NCBI GenBank assembly: GCA_964019425.1
Contig: OZ025798.1
Span: 496,001-560,000 of the forward strand
Source: Flectonema sp. DT1601
Taxonomy: Eukaryota
Direction of reading: 5' to 3'
DNA: 64,000 nucleotides
The notes under the pieces are model-generated. The model searched no databases. It saw only the letters and a list, made by a program, of their open reading frames with translations, and was not told the DNA's origin. Of this stretch, positions 24,671 through 34,140 are shown one piece after another; the stretch's first letter is position 1, and every line of letters begins with the position of its first letter. The translations under genes and the position numbers were made by a program.

Positions 24671-26431
24671 TTAACGTTCCACAAAATTGCTTTTCCGTCT
24701 GCTGAAACCTACTGCGGAGCCATCACGACTAATGTTACTGATTGAGTCAAGAGATCCTCGACGGGATTGATTTCCGCATAGGTTATTACGAGATGAGCGT
24801 CTTCCAAAGCCACCAACTGAATTCCGATGATGACCATTGCTGTTAGGACTAGGAAGCTTCGCATAAGTTTTAGCTAACGCCTCAGTCGACAGACCAGCGT
24901 TTGCAGACGGGTTCTGACAACTAAGACTAGCCGCTCGCTTCATATGACCTACTGAGGCTCTTCGAGATGTTGATCGAGACGTCGGAGGGTTGCTAAAGTT
25001 AATACTCTGTGACCTCTTTAATCTCGCAGGAGGTGCTGTTCCAGATTGAATTACAGCTATGACATTCCTATCACCATCCTTGACAGCATAATGAAGAGCT
25101 GTGTGACCTGCTTTATCAGGTTCATTCGCTGATAATCCCAACGACAATAACAACAAACATGCTTCAGCATGCCCTGAACGAGCAGCGTAATGAAGTGCCG
25201 TACTTTTCGCATCGTCCACCGCGAAAATGTCAGCTCCGTTTTTCTGAAGATATCTTAAACTATCTCTACTTCCTTTCTTCGCAGCGAAGTGAAATGGTGT
25301 TAGATTAGACTTCGTACAGCAGTTTATGTCTCCTCCGTGTGATTGAAGCAGTTCGATAGCCATTGCGTTACCTGACTTCGATGCGACGTGAATTGGTGTT
25401 ATTCCATCTTTTGATGTAGAGTGAACATCAGCCCCACACTTAATTAGTAATGCGATAGTGTCACTGTTACCAAACATTGCTGCTTTGTGAAGTGGTGTGA
25501 GTCCGTCTCCTGCGATGGCATTGAGATCGGCGCCTAGTTCAAGAAGGCTTTCACATACGGCTGCCTTTCCATTTATTGCTGCGAGATGGAGAGGAGTAGA
25601 TCCAACAGCTACGCATTCAATTTCAGCTCCAAGTTCGAATAAAAGTTCTACGGTACTGAGGTGACCATTTGTTGCTGCGCAGTGTAGTGGTGTGGTTGAC
25701 CAGTTGTTCTTCACCATGACGCTGACACCAGTATCATGAAGTCGAGAGATTGCGTCATCGTCTCCTCGGGTAGCTGCTGCTAACATTTCATTTTCTGCTG
25801 CTTTCGTGTCTTCTAGATTGTCAGCAATGTTCATATCGCTGCCACTTGCACTACCACTCCTACAACCTATTGAGGCATTCATGTTTCGATAGCTTCCTCC
25901 TAATGAACCGCCATCAGAGGGGACATAGGAACTGGGTGGGCGAAGTAAAGTTCCATTTTTGATGTCAGCTTTAACTTGTTTGGCATCCATAGTTGTGACT
26001 TCTAATAATTCAATTAGAAGATTGTTACCAACTTGTTGTCTTAATGATGACCATAATCCTTCAGCTATCATTTCAGGTGTTATTGATTTACTTAAGGCGT
26101 CGATGTGTTTGTGACATGTCAGCGATTCCTTTCTCAAGCCTTCGTGACAATGTCCTAGTACTGTTGAAGGATCGAGGTCATTGGTTCTTCCTTCTTTTTT
26201 TAATTCATCCATTCGAGGATCGTGGTTAAGTTTATTTTTCAGTAACGTTGTATACGCAGAAACTGCCTTTCGCCACTCATCACATCTTCCTTGGACAGAG
26301 ACGTCAACTGCATAGCCAGCAAGCCCAGTATCTTTTTTCACATCTCCGGGCTCAAGTACTGGTGATGCAGCTTTCTGAGGACGCTGAACCCTTGATGGCG
26401 CCTTCGCCTCAGAGTCGTTGCAATTGCCCAT
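24671..26431 (-). CDS. Ankyrin-repeat protein with an N-terminal dual-acylation motif (MGNC)
   Basis: 586-aa ORF with about 8 ankyrin repeats (TPLHCAATNGH, TPLHLAAINGK, TPLHKAAMFGN, TALHYAARSGH) and a basic Ser/Arg-rich tail. Confidence 0.92.
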   Translation of the reverse strand: MGNCNDSEAKAPSRVQRPQKAASPVLEPGDVKKDTGLAGYAVDVSVQGRCDEWRKAVSAYTTLLKNKLNHDPRMDELKKEGRTNDLDPSTVLGHCHEGLRKESLTCHKHIDALSKSITPEMIAEGLWSSLRQQVGNNLLIELLEVTTMDAKQVKADIKNGTLLRPPSSYVPSDGGSLGGSYRNMNASIGCRSGSASGSDMNIADNLEDTKAAENEMLAAATRGDDDAISRLHDTGVSVMVKNNWSTTPLHCAATNGHLSTVELLFELGAEIECVAVGSTPLHLAAINGKAAVCESLLELGADLNAIAGDGLTPLHKAAMFGNSDTIALLIKCGADVHSTSKDGITPIHVASKSGNAMAIELLQSHGGDINCCTKSNLTPFHFAAKKGSRDSLRYLQKNGADIFAVDDAKSTALHYAARSGHAEACLLLLSLGLSANEPDKAGHTALHYAVKDGDRNVIAVIQSGTAPPARLKRSQSINFSNPPTSRSTSRRASVGHMKRAASLSCQNPSANAGLSTEALAKTYAKLPSPNSNGHHRNSVGGFGRRSSRNNLCGNQSRRGSLDSISNISRDGSAVGFSRRKSNFVER

Positions 26432-26639
26432 ATAGGTTTGGTGTAGGGGGGTTTTTATCTGGTTTATTATTGAGAAAATGTTTTATGAAATGTTTCTAAC
26501 CCCTCTAGGTGATGATCACAACGACAAGTGCGAGATTCCCTCATCTCGAGCAATATTGCGAGGAGGTAAACTCAATATAGATTAGTTTGTGGAAATAATG
26601 CAAAAAAAAAAAAAAAAAAAAGGACATTTAACAAAAATA

Positions 26640-27815
26640 CTATTTTGGAGATGGTTTGTCCACTACTGGATCGCTATGTCCTTTTGCTTGTCTGTGAACT
26701 GTGTACTGTTTTTCATTCCATCTGTGATCTGGTCCAGGAGTATCCAAGTCATCAACCCAACCATGATTGCTATCAGGATGTGAATCACAAAATGGAAGGT
26801 AAGGTTTTATATCGAGGATTGGTGTACCATGTAACAAATCGTGATCACGGATAGTCAACACTCTCCCACTAACATCTAATAACCTACAGCATGACAGTCC
26901 GATGCTGTTTGGTCTATGTGGAGATCTGGTAGCAAACAGTCCTCTTAGTTTGGTGTCTCTGGGTGGGACAATCATCGCCTTCCATCCATTAAAAAAGTCT
27001 TTTCCATCCTTCTTCTTTGTTCTGTTTGTTTCTCCAGAAAAACTGAATTGAAAAACAACCCAAATTCGATCGAATTTGTTTAAATCTCGGACAAGGTTTT
27101 CAAGACCATCTCTAAGTACGATGACACCTGTTTCTTTCTTAACCTGATCGTTGGCTGATGGCTGGCGAGGTGCTTGGTAGTGAGCTCTGAAATTTGTGTA
27201 AGCAGCTCCAACAGGAGTGACAGTGTATCCAGGCATAGCTTCAGGTGTGAGAACTGTACGAGAACAACTGTTTGCCATGTGAACTGATTCACGGAATCGA
27301 TCTTCATAAGCAGAGACGTCATACCTGTCAGCCATTAATCGATATTTAATACATTCATCAAAATCAGTTTGTGTTGGCAGTCTATCAAAATATTGAACAT
27401 TTCTTGTTGAGGCCCAGTAAACAGTTCCGTCATGTTCTGGAGGTCCGCAGAACAGCTTGCATGGAATCTTATTCTTTTTTGTTTTTGGAGATGAATGTTT
27501 TAATGTTTTAACAGCCTCGGAATCAACGCTCAGAAGCTCTGCTGGCCATGTTGGGTATCCCTGCAGTAATACCCATACTAAGTCACCCACCGCGTGTTTG
27601 TACTCAGTTCCGATGGGTTGACCGAAATTCTCTGGTAGATTTTCCGTATTATACGCCAGTTCAGTTTTGCACGTATCAATTTCATCCTCTTCGTCTGTTA
27701 AAAGTTTTTTCAACGTTTCCATCGCCTCTGAAATTTGTTTCAAATCTTCCTCTTTTAACACCTTCTTCACTTCGTCTTTCTCTAACACAGTTCCCAGGAC
27801 TGATAACGAATCCAT
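26640..27815 (-). CDS. trmO: PWWP domain fused to a TrmO/TsaA (YaeB/UPF0066) tRNA t6A37 N6-methyltransferase
   Basis: PWWP: VGDLVWVLLQGYPTWPAEL. TrmO: APRQP, GLFATRSPHRPNSIGLS, DLLHGTPILDIKPYLPFCDSHP. Confidence 0.88.
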   Translation of the reverse strand: MDSLSVLGTVLEKDEVKKVLKEEDLKQISEAMETLKKLLTDEEDEIDTCKTELAYNTENLPENFGQPIGTEYKHAVGDLVWVLLQGYPTWPAELLSVDSEAVKTLKHSSPKTKKNKIPCKLFCGPPEHDGTVYWASTRNVQYFDRLPTQTDFDECIKYRLMADRYDVSAYEDRFRESVHMANSCSRTVLTPEAMPGYTVTPVGAAYTNFRAHYQAPRQPSANDQVKKETGVIVLRDGLENLVRDLNKFDRIWVVFQFSFSGETNRTKKKDGKDFFNGWKAMIVPPRDTKLRGLFATRSPHRPNSIGLSCCRLLDVSGRVLTIRDHDLLHGTPILDIKPYLPFCDSHPDSNHGWVDDLDTPGPDHRWNEKQYTVHRQAKGHSDPVVDKPSPK

Positions 27816-28208
27816 TTTTTATGTTACTTTTATGATAATATGACTGTAGAAAATAAAACAGTAATAATCAAATAGAGTACTTCACGTTAAGAAGCAGCAA
27901 TCCCGTGCAGATAAAGGTTTAAAAAAAGAAAACGATGTTATATTAAAAAAAAGTGTGGTAAGATAATAAAGATTAACACCGTGTAGTTACGAAAAACGGT
28001 GGGGGGGTGAAATCTTTTTGTTCGTACGCTAAATCCGTGAGTGGCCTAACTTTCTTTTTTTTGCTCTTACAAAAAAAAAAAGTTTAACTAGTACTTACAC
28101 TTTTAGAGATCTCTCCTGTCTTTTTCCATGCACATCCACCAGACACCCTACTGCACAAAAGAGTGCAGCTTTCCAGGGTAATTGTCCCTAAATAATCTTT
28201 TATCATTC

Positions 28209-28388
28209 TTACAACCCCAGGTCGGTTCCAACCATCTTCTGACATATGGAGTGGTACCTGGTTTTTTGTTTATTTTTTTTAGTATTGCACCTCATGCCTT
28301 AACGATTATGATATTTAATATAAACCTTATATTTCTTGTCTCAAGGGGAAAACAAATCATGATAAGAAATAACAGATTTTCAATCAAG

Positions 28389-28423
<35 letters not shown>

Positions 28424-30443
28424 CGGTGCTTGTTTTCTTTGAACATAGCCACTGCCAATTTCGGATCTTTTATATTAAGAGCCCTGTACAGGGGACGGGT
28501 AAATTTCATTCTTCCGATTCTCCTTAAGAAGTCTTTCAATAGGTCTTCGTGACCGGTCCATCCAGATCTGTGTATTTATTTATTTACTTTCATTCTTACT
28601 TCTGACAAAAAGAAACATAAATGATAACACATACCGAATACAGTTTTCCAACCATAAGAACAATATCTCGCTGTTGGTAGATGAATTGAACTTATACATG
28701 TGATTTAACTTTGTCAACATTTCAGGGGTGACTTTGTCTTCTGTTGTTGTTGTTGTTGTTGTTTTGCTTATAATACTGTTCCGAGCAAAGGAAAATAATA
28801 ATCATACCAGGTAGTCTATCTAAGAAGCAGCATATTTGAGCGCTAGTCCACCCCTTGATGTCATCTACTGAACAGGAGGCGTCGTTGCCAGATGCCCATT
28901 TTTCAGCTAATTCAACGCAGTTGTCAACTAGTGCGGATTTGAAGTTTGGGATGACAGGGGGCATGCCAGGCTTGTCAAACCAAGCTTTCCAATCGACTGC
29001 TGAGAAGTCAACTTGCCTTCCGTCTTTTGTGAAGTACTCAGTCAGGTGAGTAACCATGTCATTACTTGTAATGGATTGATTTTTAAAAGTTTGAATATAG
29101 TTGTAAAGCCATTTTTCAAACTCTTCTTCGTTTCCGACTACCGTCTGCAGGTGACATACTAAATTAAAACCCTTCTCATACGGAACCGAACTGAACGCAT
29201 CATCTGGATCTACGTTTTCAAGGTTTGGTCTGAGACAAGTGTTCGGATTGTTTTCACCAAGAAGGTTAATTGTTTTCTTCAAAGTGTCCCAACCTCCAAT
29301 CGCATCGAAGTCAAAATACTCTTTTCCATGAACTCGTGACATAATCTTTCTCTGAAGGAACATTGTGAATCCTTCATTTAGATAAAAGTCTTCCCAAGTC
29401 TGAGGAGAAACCAAATTTCCAGTCCAACTGTGAGCTACTTCGTGACAGATGACGTCAGCTAGAGACTTGTCTCCAGTTAATAAAGAAGGAGTCACAAATG
29501 TTAGACAAGGGTTCTCCATACCTCCATAAGGAAACGATCCTGGTAAGCAAACCACGTCATACCTGGTCCACTCATATGGACCGACCAGATCTTCACCAGT
29601 CTTCACGAACCGTTCAGTGTCACTAAAGTCGAAGGCAGCTCTCTCTACGACTTCTGGTTCAGACCAAATAGCGACTCTGTCACTAACATCTGCTTTCTTT
29701 AGATTTCCAACAACAATAGCTACTAAATATGAAGGTATTGGAACTGGTTGATTGAAAGATACAACACGACTATCACCTTCTTCATTATCTCCCTTTAGCA
29801 GGGCAGACATCAATACCTGAAGTGATTTAGGAGCTGCAACCTTTGCTGAATAGGTACTTTTAAACCCTGGTGAATCTTGACAAGGGAAAACGGATCTAGC
29901 GTGAATGCTTTGACATTGAGAAAACAAGTAAGGATGGCTACCTCCATCTGTTTGCTCTTTTGGAAGCCAACAGAGAGCAGAGCAAGACGGCACAGTTTGG
30001 TATGTAATTTGAATCGTGGATGCTTTTCCTGCCTGGAGTGCTGTTGGAGGAGTAATCGTTAAGGCTGAACCAAATGCAACGCTGTTATCTCCAAGTTCGT
30101 ACTTGCTGCTGGCACCATCCACAGTGACTGAGTGGATTTTTAAGTCTCGCGTATCCAACACAACCTTATCAGTGTTCTGAATCACTTCTGCTTTTAATGA
30201 TGCAGTTCCTTGAATTTCTTTCAGATCGAAATCGATTCTCCAATCAAAATCCATGTGTTTCACGACCAAGTCTTGTGTGTTTGCATAAGTATTCGGGTCC
30301 TTAGTCGTCTGTCTCCATGCATACTCAGTCATAGTATCTGTGTAGTATCTCTTAGTTACGCTGAAAACAGTTGTTCTTGGTGAGGAAATACCTTTCGGGA
30401 GGAAGTTAAGTTGAACGCTCGCAACGAATGTCCGCCTCAGCAT
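28209..30443 (-). CDS. LTA4H: Leukotriene A4 hydrolase-like M1 aminopeptidase; 4 exons (30443-28808, 28740-28635, 28567-28424, 28257-28209)
   Basis: GGMEN, HEVAHSWTGNLV, LNEGFT and VPYEKG motifs. Reconstructed downstream exons give NSEILFLW, GRMKFTRPLYR and YHSICQKMVGTDLGL*. The start is ATG 30443 (MLRRTF) or 30332 (MTEYAW). Confidence 0.93.
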
Positions 30444-30820
30444 TTCTGAAGAAAACGATAAAGACGAAAAGATTTGTGAGAATAAAAGAAAAAATAATAA
30501 TAATTTTAAAAAGAAAATCTGAAACCCCTCTTGCATATGAATCCTGTCAGAAAAAAAAAAAAAAAGAAAACTAAACTTTCTATGCAAAGTAAGTACCACA
30601 GTTCTCGCAATGAACCCCCTCTCGAGGATGTAGCGAAGTGTTACAACACTCAAATTATATATTAACATCAATGAATGGGTGTTGGGTGGAGGTACTTACG
30701 AACCGCTAACAAAAAACATTAAATAATGGTATAAAGGAATCACTTACGGAACATATCCGCGTGGAATACCATGTTGTGTACTCAGGTTACTATCTGACGA
30801 TAGTAGTCAACTTTTTTTTT

Positions 30821-31558
30821 CTATTTAAATAAGGCTGAGACTGAAGCCCACACTTCATCAGGGCTGCGTGCTGCATTAATTCTACGAAGTTTTCCAAGAG
30901 CTCCGTAATAGTCCAGGACAGGTTGTGTTTTTGAACGAAAAGTATGAAAACGATCTTCTAAAGCCGTAGGTTCATCATCTGGACTTCCTGTTACTTGAAG
31001 ACGTTTATCAAGTCGACTTCGGAGCGTTTCTTCATCAGCTTCGAGTGATAAAACAAAAGTACATTCACCAACCTCAGATTCAAATGTCATTGCCTGAGTC
31101 AACTCTCTAGGAAATCCGTCTATTAGAAACGTTTGATTCGATCCGTGTTTTTGAATTTCTTTTTTTAACAACTGTATTGACAAGTCAGTTGGTACAATTT
31201 CATTTTTACTGATGCAGGTTGCTATTTGTTTACCCTCGTCTGTATTTAGACGGATTTGCTCTCTCAGTATGTCACCCGCATGTAAATGAATTGAACCAAA
31301 ATCATCGACAACTCTCGCACATTGAGTTCCTTTACCACTCCCAGGTGGTCCTAATACAAATATAACATGAGAACGTTCAAGAGCTTGGTGTTTTTCTCCA
31401 TCTTTCATAGCTTTTAATCTATTAATTAAATAGTCTATTGGATGATTTGGTTTGTGTTGTACTAATTCAGCTGTCAGTTGTTCTAACATACACTGAACCC
31501 TATTGTCTGCAAGGAACTCCTTAGATCCCTGGATTCTACGTTGCCTTTCATCGGACAT
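30821..31558 (-). CDS. Adenylate/UMP-CMP kinase with an N-terminal RIIa/Dpy-30-type dimerisation helix (flagellar AK-like)
   Basis: LEQLTAELVQHKPNHPIDYLINRL; P-loop GPPGSGKGTQC; FLIDGFPRE. Confidence 0.88.
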   Translation of the reverse strand: MSDERQRRIQGSKEFLADNRVQCMLEQLTAELVQHKPNHPIDYLINRLKAMKDGEKHQALERSHVIFVLGPPGSGKGTQCARVVDDFGSIHLHAGDILREQIRLNTDEGKQIATCISKNEIVPTDLSIQLLKKEIQKHGSNQTFLIDGFPRELTQAMTFESEVGECTFVLSLEADEETLRSRLDKRLQVTGSPDDEPTALEDRFHTFRSKTQPVLDYYGALGKLRRINAARSPDEVWASVSALFK

Positions 31559-31731
31559 TTTCGTTTCCTTCCCTGAATAATAATAAAGAAATCTATCTTA
31601 TATAAGTGACTGTTTAAAGTTATCATGTTTGGTAAAGAGGCCGAAAGCCAAATAAGGTTAGGTGGAAAGTTATTACACAAAGCCAAAGGATAAAATGTAT
31701 TCAAATAAAGTACAGTATGGTAATCAGGTAG

Positions 31732-32670
31732 TTACATTTCTGTTCCCTGACGCATTTGAATAATCTTATTAAGAAGAGATTGATTTATGAAAATGGAACT
31801 TCCGATTGATGAAATAATTTTCACATATTGTCTGCCATCGATTATCCCTTTAGCTAGTCTTCTGTCATTCAAATGAAGAAGATCATAACTGGCGCTGATA
31901 TCTGCCTGCAGCTCAACAATCTGACTGTCGGTATCTGACGTCGGCGTTATGTCATCCGGTGAGATAGATGCTCGGTGAGCATTCTCTGAAATCCATTTCT
32001 CAAGAGAATCAATTTTATATAACAAACGTTCTTTTTGTTCACGTAATGGGTTTATTTTTTTCTTAAGAGCAACAGTTTTATATTGTTTTTGTGAAATATC
32101 TAAACGAAGAGACCTCAGATGTGACGCGCATTGATCTCTACTCGAGGTAATCATTATTTTTAACGATACACATTTTTTTACAAGGTCATCATGAAGTCGT
32201 GTGACTAAAGGAGTATTTGAGGACACAATCAATTCACGTTGTCTAACAGCATATAAAGGAGGTGACTCGTTGAATCTCATTACAAGAGTCGATAAAATAA
32301 AACTTATCGAATGCTGTGGCCTCCAATCAACTAAACATTTACCACTATGTTCCATTGCTTTGTGTCCTTTAGCAAGAATCATACCACGTTGAGGAACAAC
32401 ATAAAATAACGGTGGAGCTATGGGAAACATTCTCGGTATCCAAACTTCTACTGGAGTGTAAAATCCCTTGTCGTGATAAACTGTTTCTATGACTCCTTTA
32501 ATTAATAATAATTCTACCGTTGTATTTCTCCTTCCAACCTCACACTTAAACGATTCGTTACAACCTAATATAACTGATAATTCCTCAATAACACGAGGTC
32601 TAGTTGATGCTACGTAGTTGAGGTTTTGAAGAATTGCTTCACATTCTCTAATCTTAGAAGCAGTATCCAT
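31732..32670 (-). CDS. VPS23: ESCRT-I subunit Vps23/TSG101-like (UEV, coiled coil, steadiness box)
   Basis: UEV: GVIETVY..FYTPVEVWIPRMFPIAPPLFYVVP..FNESPPLYA. C-terminal SB box: QIVELQADISASYDLL..KGIIDGRQYVKII. Confidence 0.8.
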   Translation of the reverse strand: MDTASKIRECEAILQNLNYVASTRPRVIEELSVILGCNESFKCEVGRRNTTVELLLIKGVIETVYHDKGFYTPVEVWIPRMFPIAPPLFYVVPQRGMILAKGHKAMEHSGKCLVDWRPQHSISFILSTLVMRFNESPPLYAVRQRELIVSSNTPLVTRLHDDLVKKCVSLKIMITSSRDQCASHLRSLRLDISQKQYKTVALKKKINPLREQKERLLYKIDSLEKWISENAHRASISPDDITPTSDTDSQIVELQADISASYDLLHLNDRRLAKGIIDGRQYVKIISSIGSSIFINQSLLNKIIQMRQGTEM

Positions 32671-34140
32671 TTGTATACTGTTTTTACATTGAACACCTGG
32701 AAATGATTAATTACGTGATTGAGTGGGTGTTTTTACAAAAGTCGCATGATCGTTCCACCATAAACATGCGGTTATCAACTTTTTTAGATGTTTAGTTGCC
32801 GTTTTTTTTTTTTTTTTTTTTTTTTGTGAATTTGTTTTTTGCTTTCCAACACACCTTGCGCCATTCTTGCCTTAGGATCGACTGGCGGATTGTTTTTTTT
32901 TTTTTCTTTTTTTTTTCTATTCAAGTTTTGAAAAAAACAGTTTTTTTTTTATGTGTTTCTTTATTTTTTTTTAAAAAGAAAATTAAATCAGTGTAGATCG
33001 CTACTCACTTGGTTTACATGAGGAATGATCCAAAAAAAAAAAAAAAATGTTTTCAGGTAAGGTTTGTTCATATCAGACACATAAATGGATTTCATTGTTG
33101 TTTTTATGTTTTGTCATTTTTTCCTTTTGTATGGTCAATGCTGAAAACCACCTGAAAACGGCATACTTTTTTTTTTTTTTTTTCATATTTCACATTGGGA
33201 AGTTGTACCTAACTCGCGGGATAGCTGACGAGATGAAACAAAAACCCCTCAAATTGGCGTTCGACGTGCAACACAAATGCCTGCCACGACTCAACTTAGT
33301 GAGTGGGGCCAGGGATACAGTTGAGGAAGGCTTTGTTGCAATTTGTTAAAAACAAAACTAGAAATAAAATCCACAAGGATGACTGACCTTTCACACTTTT
33401 AGGCCTAGACACATACTCGCAGTTAGGTAAGGCTAAGTATAAGCCTTCCTCTCGACGATAGAAAACACAAGCAGCTGCCACCAGCAATAGGGGGTAGGAT
33501 CGAAGTTAAGGACGTGCATAGAACAGTTTTCTGCCAAGATTTCTTTTTTTTTTTTAATTGCGAAAAATAATCAATAAAGCAATAGAGAAATCCACCAAAC
33601 CTCAGAAAAATAATTGTTTTTTTTTCGAAAAAACCAAATAAATACAAAACACCAAAAAATTATCTCAAATCACCTTTCCGTGCCTTAAACAAAGAAAAGA
33701 TTTTAGTTGACTACCGTAGATTAACGTACCTATCTTTCAAAAAATGCGATTAGTTCACCATACAGCCGAAGACCAGGATCGGAAACTAAGGATCCTCACT
33801 ACCGCAGTCGGTAGTCAACCAAAGAATAACAGATATTTAAAAGTGTAGAATCATTCAGAAATAGTAGCATTACAACCCCGCCTGCAGGATGTACAAAACA
33901 AATAAATTAAAAAGAGATAGTCGTAACGACTAACTATACTAGATATACTACTGACGCGAACCTTTTGTCTTTGGATCACGCAATCCATAGTAGTCAAGTA
34001 TCGATACTGGGAATTGAGGAGCTGTTAACCAGCTCTAGAAGAGAACAATCACAACACCACTAGAGAGCTTAAGCACAATAAGCTCATCCGACACAATTAA
34101 AAGAGCTATTGCACAACACAACTTTAGTAAGCTGAATACT

